Source: Candidatus Iainarchaeum sp.
Lineage (GTDB): Archaea > Iainarchaeota > Iainarchaeia > Iainarchaeales > JAAZKV01
Direction of reading: 5' to 3'
DNA length: 64,000 nt
NCBI GenBank assembly: GCA_026397015.1
Contig: JAPLVR010000006.1
Span: 128,001 to 192,000 of the forward strand
A model generated the notes under the pieces. That model was not told where the DNA came from, made no database searches, and worked only from the letters and a program-made list of their open reading frames with translations. Within the stretch, counting starts at the first letter, position 1. Every line of letters starts with the position of its first letter. Positions 53,005-61,860 of this stretch are shown here, piece by piece. The translations under genes and the position numbers were made by a program.

Positions 53005-54348
53005 ATGGGCCCGAGAAGTAGAACCAATTTGCCAAATCTAAGGTTTTCAGGCGGGAGGAAGAGAAGCGTCCGCTGGATAAGAACCCCGATGTACAAAGCG
53101 TGGGCGAGAAAGGCGGGCGCGGCGGCAGAAAAAAGGGCACTTCAATCGCTCCCGAAAAGGATTCAAACATTGCCGGGAACGAAGGGAATCGATGCCATAA
53201 GAACTGGAAAACCGATTTCTGCGGAAAAACTTTCTGAAATAAGAAGGATTGCTGTGAGCAAAGCGCTGACTCCGGAACAACAGGTTGCAGGCGTGAAAAG
53301 AATCGTTTCGGAAATAGACCCGCGGGCGAAACTTGAACAATACAAATATGACCCGCGCGGCCACCTGACAAAAACTGTTTCGATAAAAGTCATATTTAAG
53401 GATGGAAAGTGGCACCTTTCAAGCGGAAAAATGGCGAACGCATATATTTACATTACAAAGGACGGAATAATAAAAATAAATGCAAATGAACTTGAAAGAG
53501 AAATAAGAAAGAATTTCCATCCGGGAAATCCCGAAATGAACAACGGAAAAATACATTCCTCCTTCACCGCAGGTTCAAGCGGAAAAAAATGGGTTGTAAG
53601 AATACCTTATGTCGGGGAAAATAAAAGCAGGGCAATACAATCAATACTCTGGGATGACGTGCGAAGAGATGTGTTAAAAGCATCAAAAAAAGCAGGAATA
53701 AAACTCGACAAGCCTTACCATGAATGGAGCGAAGGCGAAAGAAAAAAATATTTTGACATACTTAAAAAGACAAAAAAGGAATCTAGAAAAGGCGATAAGA
53801 AAGCGAGAAAAATACAAAGCGAGTGGCTGAATAAACAACAGGCATTCCAGAGCAAACTCATCAAGGAATCGGAGAGAATGGTCAGGAAACTGCAAAGAAT
53901 GCAGAAACACCACTATGAGACGCGGATTCCAAAATACCCTTTACATGAAATACTCAGAATGGAAGAAGCGCTGAAGACTCTCAGAAACACAACCCTTGCG
54001 AATCCAAAAAGCGTTCCAGGGGCGGAAGCAAGAGGGTGGATCGACTGGACACTGCCGAAAATGAGAAGCCTGCGAAGGAAACAAAGGGCGGCATATAAAA
54101 TAGAAAAAAGAATCGAGAAGGCGAGAAAAATGATCAGTGCCGCTGAAAAGACGAAAAATCCGGCAAAGATTAAGGAGTACAACGCAAAATTAGTAAGGGG
54201 GGTGAGGGTGCTAAACCGCATTTCAAGCGATTTAACAAAAGACACCAGACTGATACAGCAGGGAATAAACAACACCGCCCAATTTGTTTCCATGATAAAA
54301 TACCGCGGCGGGGAAAGACAGAACGAAATAATTCAAAATAATCAATAA
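53005..54348 (+). CDS. Orphan very basic protein with C-terminal coiled coil
   Basis: 447-aa ORF starting MGPRSRT; TATTATAA about 22 nt upstream. Confidence 0.75.
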   Translation: MGPRSRTNLPNLRFSGGRKRSVRWIRTPMYKAWARKAGAAAEKRALQSLPKRIQTLPGTKGIDAIRTGKPISAEKLSEIRRIAVSKALTPEQQVAGVKRIVSEIDPRAKLEQYKYDPRGHLTKTVSIKVIFKDGKWHLSSGKMANAYIYITKDGIIKINANELEREIRKNFHPGNPEMNNGKIHSSFTAGSSGKKWVVRIPYVGENKSRAIQSILWDDVRRDVLKASKKAGIKLDKPYHEWSEGERKKYFDILKKTKKESRKGDKKARKIQSEWLNKQQAFQSKLIKESERMVRKLQRMQKHHYETRIPKYPLHEILRMEEALKTLRNTTLANPKSVPGAEARGWIDWTLPKMRSLRRKQRAAYKIEKRIEKARKMISAAEKTKNPAKIKEYNAKLVRGVRVLNRISSDLTKDTRLIQQGINNTAQFVSMIKYRGGERQNEIIQNNQ

Positions 54349-54392
54349 AAAAAGAAAAATAAAAAAAGAGCTTACTTTTTTTCTAAAAGACC

Positions 54393-55766
54393 TTATTCTT
54401 TTCTCCCTTTCAAAAGGTTTTTGAAGGAAATGTAGTCGTTTTCAATAATCTCAAAATTTTCCTTTTTCTCGGCAACTCCTTTCAAGCACGGGTGAAGAGC
54501 GGGCTTAATGTTCAAAAGCGCTTCAATTTCTTCCGGAAATTTCGAAGGGTGCGCCGTTTCAAGCGAAACCAATTTTTCCTCAACCTTGCCGCCGCTCTTT
54601 TCCAAAAAAACTTCCAGCCCTTTCCACGCAACAGCGCCATGAGGTTCCAAAAGAAGCATATGCTTGTTATAAGCATCAATTATTGTTTTTTTGGTTTCGT
54701 TGTCTGAAACGGCGACTGAAAAAATTTCGCCGCGCATTTTTTCCAGGTCGGGAAGCTTAATTATTTTTCCGTTTTCATCCATCTGACCGTTGTAAAAATC
54801 AATCAAGCGCGAAAGGTTGCTCGGATGCCCGACGTTCATTGCGTTGGAAACGCATTTCTTCGAAGGAACAATTTTTTTGTATCTTCCCGTTTCCAAAAAA
54901 ATCGGAAATTCGTCATTCTCATTGACAGCCGCAACAAATTTCTTAACTGGCAACCCCATCCTTTGCGCAATCAATCCGCCGCAGAGGTTTCCGAAATTGC
55001 CGCAGGGAACAGAAAAAATAATTTTTTCCCAAAAAGAATCGGCGACGCGCGAATAACTGTAAAAGTAATAAACCGACTGGGGGATTAATCTGCCGAGATT
55101 TATCGAATTTGCGGAGGAAAAATTATATTCGCACAAATCAGAATCCGCAAAGGCGCGCTTAACCATCGCCTGGCAATCATCAAATTTTCCTTTTACAGCC
55201 AAAACGGAAATATTTTTTCCGAGGGTTGTCATCTGCCTCCTCTGATTTGAAGTAACTTCTTTTTCCGGGAAAAGAACAATGACTTCGATATTTTCCAATC
55301 CGTAAAAAGCGTTTGCAACCGCGCTCCCGGTATCGCCGCTCGTTGCAACAAGAATTGTCAGCTTCTTTTCATCCGAACGCATGAAATAATCCATGAGGCG
55401 TGCCATGGTACGCGCGGCAAAATCCTTGAAAGAAGCGGTTGGGCCGCCGTCGAGGCGCAGCACATATGTCCCGCTCCCGACGCCCCTTACCTTTTCAATC
55501 GGCACACTAAAATTATATGTGTCTTCAACAATTTTCCTCAAATCTTTTTCCGGAATTTCCTTTCCGATAAATTTTGAGAAAATTGTAAAAGCGATTTCTG
55601 GATATTTCTTTTCTTTAAAGCCGAAAATTTCTTTCTGCGAAAGCCTCGGGATTACTTCGGGCATGAAAAGCCCCTTGTCTTCTGCGATGCCCTGCAACAG
55701 GACCTCCCTGAAAGAGGATTTTTGCGAAACGCCGTTGGTGCTGTAATACTTCATATTCTCTGACAT
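54393..55766 (-). CDS. thrC: Threonine synthase (long bacterial/fungal-type)
   Basis: GPTASFKDF (PLP Lys), ATSGDTG, GKFDDCQ, SANSIN, PCGNFGN and TAHPSKF. Confidence 0.95.
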   Translation of the reverse strand: MSENMKYYSTNGVSQKSSFREVLLQGIAEDKGLFMPEVIPRLSQKEIFGFKEKKYPEIAFTIFSKFIGKEIPEKDLRKIVEDTYNFSVPIEKVRGVGSGTYVLRLDGGPTASFKDFAARTMARLMDYFMRSDEKKLTILVATSGDTGSAVANAFYGLENIEVIVLFPEKEVTSNQRRQMTTLGKNISVLAVKGKFDDCQAMVKRAFADSDLCEYNFSSANSINLGRLIPQSVYYFYSYSRVADSFWEKIIFSVPCGNFGNLCGGLIAQRMGLPVKKFVAAVNENDEFPIFLETGRYKKIVPSKKCVSNAMNVGHPSNLSRLIDFYNGQMDENGKIIKLPDLEKMRGEIFSVAVSDNETKKTIIDAYNKHMLLLEPHGAVAWKGLEVFLEKSGGKVEEKLVSLETAHPSKFPEEIEALLNIKPALHPCLKGVAEKKENFEIIENDYISFKNLLKGRKE

Positions 55767-55814
55767 ATTCAAGAAAAAACAGATTTTTTAACCTGATTGC
55801 AGCCAAAAGAAGTT

Positions 55815-56099
55815 ATGGAAAAAAAATTGAAGCCGAACCAGAAACTGGCGCTGGAAAGGATTTACAGGCTTTTTGAGCTGGCTGAAGAGGACAACACAAA
55901 AAGAAAGGGCAAATACTCCAAACGCTACCTAAAATTAATGGTTGAAATCGGAAAAAAAGTTAATGTGCCGGTGCCAAAAGAACTGAAGAAAAAGTTCTGC
56001 AAAAAATGCTTTTCCTTAAATGTTGACGGAAGAGAAGAAAAACCATTTTTGATTGTGAAATGCGGGGAATGCGGATTTGAGAAAAAATTTTCGGCTTAA
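55815..56099 (+). CDS. rnp4: RNase P protein component 4 (Rpp21)
   Basis: LALERIYRLF, RY, KKKFCKKC and CGECG. Confidence 0.9.
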   Translation: MEKKLKPNQKLALERIYRLFELAEEDNTKRKGKYSKRYLKLMVEIGKKVNVPVPKELKKKFCKKCFSLNVDGREEKPFLIVKCGECGFEKKFSA

Positions 56100-56191
56100 A
56101 CCCATAAAATACGCGGCAATTCACAAAATGCAGGGTTTTTAATTTTGGAAAGGAATAAAAACTGCGGAAACGGATATTTATACGTGAAAGA

Positions 56192-57244
56192 ATGAACTTG
56201 CAGAAAACCCCGAAAAAAAGGGCAAGGCATAATCCGAAACTTCTGCGAAGGAGACGCAAATTATACAAAAATCTCACGAGCAGCGCGAGAGAGGCATTCG
56301 CAATAAGGTGCGTTTTTTATGAAAATCCAGTGCTGCCTCTTGGGGGTATTTTAAAAAAAGCATCAGAAAATCTCGGGAGAAAAAAACAAAGCTGGAATTT
56401 CAATGCGAGAGATTATGCAAAAACTTTGAAAAAAAATGCCAGGCGCACAAAAAGTGGCATGATGCGCCTTCTTTCCGCACACCACAACAATCCGGGCGAA
56501 CTTTTTGCGCACATTTCAGGGTTCACTCCAAAACACCCTGTAAAAGTTTTAATTCATCATTTGGCAAACTATTTTCAACTCGCGCCGGAGGACATGGCGG
56601 AATTCGCGAATATGTCCGGGGTGAAGGGTTCGCTTGGAATCAGAATTGCTGGCAACGGGATTTGCGCGGGAATAGAAAGGCCGGACGTATTTTTGCACGA
56701 AATCGAACATTCCCACAGCTGGCTGATAAAAAATAAGGAAATTGAAAAAATAAAAAAAATACGCGCGATGCAGCGAAAAAGGGGAAAGGACATAAAGGTT
56801 GAAAGAGCCGATTTTGTCTGGGACACTTCGGTCGGAAGGGCATACAGGACGCTTACATGGTCGGCAAAAAGCGAGCTGGTTGCACATCTCGCCGAAAGCA
56901 TGCACACAGGTGTAATAAAAAACCCGCTTGCCGGAGCATCTCTGCCGTTCAAAGGAAGAAATTTTTATGAATCAATGGAAACACTGAAAAAATACACAAA
57001 AATGAGAATCAAAGATCCGGAAGAAAGGCAGAAACTTTTGGATTATCTCGGCAAAATGGAAAAAATACATGAGAAAAACAGGGAAGCGCTTGTTCCTGCA
57101 ATCAAACGCATTCCGGTAGAAGACCTTATTTACATAATAAACGCGACAGAATACCACAGGCTCGCACCCCGACTGGCTTATCTCACAAAAAAATACGCGC
57201 GCGAAGATGCCAGAAAAACGGCTGAGAAAAAACAAAACAAATAA
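56192..57244 (+). CDS. Orphan zincin-like (HExxH) protein with basic N-terminus
   Basis: VFLHEIEHS...KSELVAH; starts MNLQKTPKKRARHNPKLLRRRRK. Confidence 0.75.
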   Translation: MNLQKTPKKRARHNPKLLRRRRKLYKNLTSSAREAFAIRCVFYENPVLPLGGILKKASENLGRKKQSWNFNARDYAKTLKKNARRTKSGMMRLLSAHHNNPGELFAHISGFTPKHPVKVLIHHLANYFQLAPEDMAEFANMSGVKGSLGIRIAGNGICAGIERPDVFLHEIEHSHSWLIKNKEIEKIKKIRAMQRKRGKDIKVERADFVWDTSVGRAYRTLTWSAKSELVAHLAESMHTGVIKNPLAGASLPFKGRNFYESMETLKKYTKMRIKDPEERQKLLDYLGKMEKIHEKNREALVPAIKRIPVEDLIYIINATEYHRLAPRLAYLTKKYAREDARKTAEKKQNK

Positions 57245-57275
57245 AATTATAAACCCAAAAAGCAAAAAGATTATT

Positions 57276-57475
57276 ATGAAGCCGAAAAGGGAAAAGTGGC
57301 GGCCGATTGCAAAACGGATTCAGACATTCAGGTGGATAGTGAATCCGGCGGTGAGCGAAAATAGAACAGCCACCCAGAAGCGGTAAAAAGAATTAGGGAA
57401 AGAAAGGCAAGGAACAAAGGCAAATCAAAGCTGCAAAAAAATGGCGGCAGTAAGAGAATTTTTAAAGGTTATTGA
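57276..57475 (+). pseudogene. Short basic ORF (36 aa, 57276-57386), possibly continued by frameshift
   Basis: TTATAA box about 24 nt upstream; MKPKREKWRPIAKRIQ...; an overlapping frame continues NSHPEAVKRIRERKARNKGK...Y* to 57475. Confidence 0.35.
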
Positions 57476-57501
57476 TTAGAGAATACTTAGAAACTTTTTT
57501 T

Positions 57502-57546
57502 GGCTCCTCGAAAGGGTAGAGCCGAAAAGCGCCGGAAGGCGGTTTC
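57502..57546 (+). promoter_or_regulatory. Structured 5' leader of the rps19e operon (two GNRA hairpins)
   Basis: GGCTC-CTC-GAAA-GGG-TA-GAGCC and GAAA-AG-CGCC-GGAA-GGCG-G-TTTC, between a TTTAAA box (~57461) and ATG 57578. Confidence 0.5.
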
Positions 57547-57577
57547 AAAGGAAAAAGAATTCAAAATAGTGATGGAT

Positions 57578-58159
57578 ATGGCTATACAGGATGTGCCTCC
57601 GGGCTATGTGGTTGAAGAGGCGGGAAAAAAACTGTTGCCCGAACTTGAGGAACCGAAATTCGCCAGCTATGTTAAAACAGGGATGCATCGCGAAAGGAGC
57701 CCTGAAAGGGAAGACTGGTTCCCGATAAGATGCGCAAGCATATTGTACAGGGCTTACAAGGAAGGAGTAATAGGAACAGAAATGCTCAGGTCATACTACG
57801 GCGGAAAGAGAAACAGGGGAAGAAAAAAGGAACACTTTTACAAGGCAAGCGGAAAAGTGATCAGGACATGCGTACAGCAGCTTGAGAAAAAAGGGTACTT
57901 GAAAAAAGCGGAACCAAAAGGGAGAAAAATAACGCAGAAAGGAATGCAGTTGCTGGACAGTGCAGCGAAAATCGCGCAAGAAAACTGGAAACAGGGCAAG
58001 TACGTGAAAAAAGTCAGAATGGTCGTTGAAGACAAGGTGAAGAGGGAAGTTGAACAGGCACTAAGGGCGCAGGACAAAAGAGAAAAGGACAAACACGCCA
58101 AGCCGGAAAAAGTTCATCAGGCAAAGAGGGCTGAAAAGAAAGCCGAAGTTACAGAGTAA
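57578..58159 (+). CDS. rps19e: 30S ribosomal protein S19e with C-terminal extension
   Basis: VKTGMHRE, DWFPIRCASI, YGG, SGKVIRTCVQQLE and GRKIT. Confidence 0.95.
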   Translation: MAIQDVPPGYVVEEAGKKLLPELEEPKFASYVKTGMHRERSPEREDWFPIRCASILYRAYKEGVIGTEMLRSYYGGKRNRGRKKEHFYKASGKVIRTCVQQLEKKGYLKKAEPKGRKITQKGMQLLDSAAKIAQENWKQGKYVKKVRMVVEDKVKREVEQALRAQDKREKDKHAKPEKVHQAKRAEKKAEVTE

Positions 58160-58179
58160 AAAGAAAGAAGTGGGCAAAA

Positions 58180-58422
58180 ATGGGCAGCAACAAGGAAAAG
58201 GAATTCAAGGATTTCCAAATCAGCGAGAGAAAAAAGATAGGGTCGGGGCTGACGAACGCGCCGGTGTGGCTCATGCAAAAAGCCGGGAAAAGAATCTGGA
58301 ACTCTAGGCAAAAAAGAACATGGAAAAATATAGAGCTTAAAGACAGGTTCGAAAGGCATAAAAGAAAACAGGCAAAAAAAACGACTAAAACTGGAGACCA
58401 CAAGACAAAGAAAAAAAATTGA
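58180..58422 (+). CDS. rpl39e: 50S ribosomal protein L39e with extension
   Basis: NAPVWLMQK...KRTWK and operon position. Confidence 0.85.
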   Translation: MGSNKEKEFKDFQISERKKIGSGLTNAPVWLMQKAGKRIWNSRQKRTWKNIELKDRFERHKRKQAKKTTKTGDHKTKKKN

Positions 58423-58460
58423 CAATAAAAAATTTGTTTTTTTGAAAAACGGTGAAGAAA

Positions 58461-58871
58461 ATGGCAAAAGAGTTTAAGGAAAAAACGATTACTGTAAATC
58501 TCAAGAAGGCATTTTTTAAGCCGACCTCCAAGAGGGCGAAATCGGCGCTCTTTTTCGTAAAAGAAGCCGTAAAAAAAGAATCAAGAAAAAAGGAAGTCGC
58601 AATAAGCAACGGAATCAACGAAAGCCTCTGGGCGAGAGGGCTTTACAAAATCCCGAGAAGGATTGTCGTGAAAATTATTGCGGAAAAAGAAAGGGCATTC
58701 GTCTGCCTGCCGAATGAAAAAATTACGAAGAAAGAGGAAAAAAAAGGCGAAGCAAAAGTGATAAGGGAAAGCACGTCCGAAAAAATACAGGAAAAACTGA
58801 AAGAAGTTATTGAAGAAAAAAAAGAAGAAAGAAAAAAACGGAAGGCAAAGAAAAAAATGAGTCGAAGCTGA
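58461..58871 (+). CDS. rpl31e: 50S ribosomal protein L31e with charged C-terminal extension
   Basis: TVNL, KRAKSA and INESLWARG..KIPRRIVV. Confidence 0.93.
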   Translation: MAKEFKEKTITVNLKKAFFKPTSKRAKSALFFVKEAVKKESRKKEVAISNGINESLWARGLYKIPRRIVVKIIAEKERAFVCLPNEKITKKEEKKGEAKVIRESTSEKIQEKLKEVIEEKKEERKKRKAKKKMSRS

Positions 58872-58934
58872 AGGAAACAGCTGGAAAGAAAACGGAAGCA
58901 AAAAAATAATTTTTTCGGCAAATTACTTATTCTT

Positions 58935-59603
58935 ATGAAAGTTGAAATACTCAAGGTGCTGGGTTCGCCGTACGTAGGATTATTCGGGGTGGCAAACGAT
59001 TCGATCTGCTTCGTGCCGAACGGCATAGACAACTCGGCGGCAAAAAAAATAGAAGAAACGCTCGACGTAAAAACATTGAAAGTGAGCGTCTATGAAAGCT
59101 CGCTGCTCTCCGTGTTCGGCTGCATAAACAACAAAAAAATATTTCTGCCGTCAAATACGTCGGCGAGGGAAATCGAGGCGATTGAAAAGGAAATGAAGGT
59201 TGAAATTATCAATACTGGAAACGCGCTCGGGAATCTGGTTGCAATAAACGATTTCGGCGCGGTAATATCAAAAACTCTGCCAAGCGAAATCGCAATGCAG
59301 ATAAAATCAAGCGGGCTGAATGTGGCGCACATGAATGTGGCCCAAAGCGAAGTAGTTGGATCGTCAATAGTGGCAACAAGCACCGGATTCGTGATGAATC
59401 CGAATTCATCGAAAGAAGAGGTTAAAAAGGTTCAGGAAACACTTAATGTTAGCGGAGGATTCTCCACGGCAAACGCCGGGGACGTATTCATAAGAAACTC
59501 CATAATTGCAAATGCGAAAGGGTTTGTTGCTGGAAGCTTAACGACCGGGCACGAACTCAACAGAATTGAAGAGGCGCTGGGTGAGAAAAAATGGCACAAA
59601 TGA
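58935..59603 (+). CDS. eif6: Translation initiation factor 6
   Basis: GSPYVGLF, ALGNLVAIND, TANAG and TTGHELNRIEEAL. Confidence 0.95.
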   Translation: MKVEILKVLGSPYVGLFGVANDSICFVPNGIDNSAAKKIEETLDVKTLKVSVYESSLLSVFGCINNKKIFLPSNTSAREIEAIEKEMKVEIINTGNALGNLVAINDFGAVISKTLPSEIAMQIKSSGLNVAHMNVAQSEVVGSSIVATSTGFVMNPNSSKEEVKKVQETLNVSGGFSTANAGDVFIRNSIIANAKGFVAGSLTTGHELNRIEEALGEKKWHK

Positions 59604-59788
59604 AACAATTCGAAGTGAAGGGAATATTCGAGAAAAACGGGAAAAAAGAAAAATTTGCAAAAATGGCCAGATGCGGAAGTGAAAAACTTGCGCGGGAAAG
59701 CGTTCTCAGCCAAATAGGCGGAAAACAGAGAATCAAAAGGGTAAACATTGAAATAACGGAAATAAAGGAATTCGAAGAAAAAAAATAG
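59591..59788 (+). CDS. rplX: 50S ribosomal protein LX (L18Ae/L20)
   Basis: FEVKG...FAK...ARESVLSQIGG..RIKRVNIEI and operon position. Confidence 0.9.
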   Translation: MAQMKQFEVKGIFEKNGKKEKFAKMARCGSEKLARESVLSQIGGKQRIKRVNIEITEIKEFEEKK

Positions 59789-59798
59789 GGGAATAAAA

Positions 59799-60230
59799 AT
59801 GCCGCAATTTGAATTTTCAGAACAACAATTGCTTGAAATGGCAAGAGAGGCGGAAGCGGAAACGAACGGAAGAAGAATGGCGCTCGAAAGAATGAATGTG
59901 GCGCTGAGAGAAACCAACTCTACGATAGAATCGCTTGAAGAATTAAAGAAAAACAAGGAAACAATAGCTGTGAGGCTTGGTGCCGGCGTGATGATTGACG
60001 TGGAAGCAAAAGAAATTAAAAAATGCAAAAGAGCATTTTCGGAAAGCGGCTATCTGGAGGAAAGCGTTGATGACGCGGCAAAATGGCTGGGCGACAGAAA
60101 AAAAGAACTTATCACACAAATCGGAAAAATCGAGCAGGAACTCGCTGTCTCAAACAAAAAGCTCTCTGACCTTATAAGCATCCTCAACCAAATAGAAGCT
60201 GAAAAAAGAAAAAACTTCAGCAGGCAATGA
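59799..60230 (+). CDS. pfdA: Prefoldin alpha subunit
   Basis: Coiled coil - beta hairpins (VRLGAGV, SGYLEES) - coiled coil, and operon position. Confidence 0.88.
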   Translation: MPQFEFSEQQLLEMAREAEAETNGRRMALERMNVALRETNSTIESLEELKKNKETIAVRLGAGVMIDVEAKEIKKCKRAFSESGYLEESVDDAAKWLGDRKKELITQIGKIEQELAVSNKKLSDLISILNQIEAEKRKNFSRQ

Positions 60231-61795
60231 ATATGTTCGGATTCTTAAAGAAAAAAATCGCCGGCTTCAGCGAAAAGCTAAAGCAGACGCTTGAAAAAAA
60301 AACTCCCGCGGAAGCCAAAACTGTTTCTGAAGAATCGAAAAAAGCGGAAGAAGAAAAACAAAAAAAGGAACAACCGGTTCAAACCGTCCAAAGTTCGGAA
60401 AAGGAACAAAAAGAGGCGGCAAAAAAGGAAGAAGCTGAAAAACCAAAATCAAAAAAAGAGGAAAAAGCCGGGGAAATGGAAAAAAAACTTTTTGAAGAAA
60501 TAGGGGCTGAAATAGAGGAAGAGGAAAAAAAAGAGCAAACGACCGGAAGCGCGGAAGGAGCCGAACCGCATGAAAGGATGAGAAGGCACCGCGGAAAAAA
60601 AATTGAAGGGATTCCAGAAAAAACAGGCGCGGAAAAAATTCCTGAGGGCGGAGAAGAAGAGGTCGGCGCGGAAGAACTCGAGGAAATCGGCGAAGCAATC
60701 GAAGAAGAAAAAAAAGGCGAAGGCGGAGACAAAGAAATCGAAGAGGCGATGGAAGAGGAAAAAGAAAAAACAAGGGAAGGTAAAATCGAAGAAATAAAAA
60801 GGGAAATGGGCGAAAGAGCTGCAGCGGTTGAAATTAAAAGGGAAGAAAAACAAAAAAAGAAATTTGAAATAAAAAAAGCCGGGGAAGACAAGCGCGAATT
60901 AAAAGCCAAGGTGGGCGTGAAGGGAAATATCTTTGGAAGAATTTTCGGCGGCGTCGCGATAAAAGAAAGCGAAGTAAGTGAATTGCTCTCGGAGCTCGAA
61001 CTGAGTTTAATTGAAAGCGACGTTGAACAGGGTGCGGCGCGTGAACTCGTCGCAAAAATAAAGGAAAGAATTGTCGGACAAAAAGTTTCGCTGAAAAGCA
61101 TCGACGAGTTTCTGAAAGAACAAATAAAAGAAATTTTAGTGGAAATGATGAAAACGGAGGAAATCGATCTTTTGCAGAGGATAAAGGAGAAAAAAAAGCA
61201 GGGAAAGCCCTACAAAATACTTATGCTCGGGCCGAACGGGGCGGGAAAAACCACTACCATTGCCAAACTCGCCAACCACTTTCAAAAAAACAATTTGAGC
61301 GTAATAATAGCCGCTGGAGATACCTTTAGGGCGGCTGCAATCGACCAAATAGAAGTGCATGCAAAAAGGCTTGGCGTTAGGCTGGTTAAACACAAATACG
61401 GGGGGGATCCAACGGCTGTTGCTTTTGACGCGGTAAAGGCGGCGGAGGCGAACAAAATTGATGTTGTAATGATTGATTCGGCAGGAAGGCAGGAAACCAA
61501 CAAAAATTTAATGGAAGAACTCAAAAAAATGGGTCGCGTAGTAGAACCGGATTTAAAATTATATGTGGGAGAAGCGTACGCCGGGCAGGGATTATTGGAA
61601 CAGGCGAAAGAATTTGACGATGCTGTCGGGCTCGACGGATTCATACTGACAAAAATTGATACGGACGCGAAAGGCGGAACAACAATTTCGCTGCTTTACA
61701 AATTGAAGAAGCCGATTCTTTATGTTGGAACCGGGCAGGGGTATGATGATTTCCAAAAGTTCACTCCGGAGTTTGTGCTGAACAGGATAATTTGA
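60227..61795 (+). CDS. ftsY: SRP receptor FtsY with long acidic N-terminal domain
   Basis: GPNGAGKTTT, DTFRAAA, DSAGR, TKIDTDAKGG and GTGQ. Confidence 0.96.
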   Translation: MNMFGFLKKKIAGFSEKLKQTLEKKTPAEAKTVSEESKKAEEEKQKKEQPVQTVQSSEKEQKEAAKKEEAEKPKSKKEEKAGEMEKKLFEEIGAEIEEEEKKEQTTGSAEGAEPHERMRRHRGKKIEGIPEKTGAEKIPEGGEEEVGAEELEEIGEAIEEEKKGEGGDKEIEEAMEEEKEKTREGKIEEIKREMGERAAAVEIKREEKQKKKFEIKKAGEDKRELKAKVGVKGNIFGRIFGGVAIKESEVSELLSELELSLIESDVEQGAARELVAKIKERIVGQKVSLKSIDEFLKEQIKEILVEMMKTEEIDLLQRIKEKKKQGKPYKILMLGPNGAGKTTTIAKLANHFQKNNLSVIIAAGDTFRAAAIDQIEVHAKRLGVRLVKHKYGGDPTAVAFDAVKAAEANKIDVVMIDSAGRQETNKNLMEELKKMGRVVEPDLKLYVGEAYAGQGLLEQAKEFDDAVGLDGFILTKIDTDAKGGTTISLLYKLKKPILYVGTGQGYDDFQKFTPEFVLNRII

Positions 61796-61860
61796 TTCGA
61801 CACAGGGCAAAAACTCATTAGAAAGCAATAAATATTCCGCAAGCATATATTTTGTTCGAA

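Noticed and set aside
57276-57546. RNase P RNA or SRP RNA near rnp4/ftsY
   Set aside because: No GAGGAAAGUCC-type P4 motif or SRP helix-8 internal-loop consensus is present, and the region is too A-rich and short.
60290-60900. Long acidic low-complexity N-terminus of FtsY as a novelty
   Set aside because: Acidic A-domains of variable length are well known in FtsY.
60267-61101. Long Phe/Ser-rich antisense ORFs (also seen opposite rad50 and other K/E-rich genes)
   Set aside because: They are mirror images of GAA/AAA-rich sense codons and are not independent genes.
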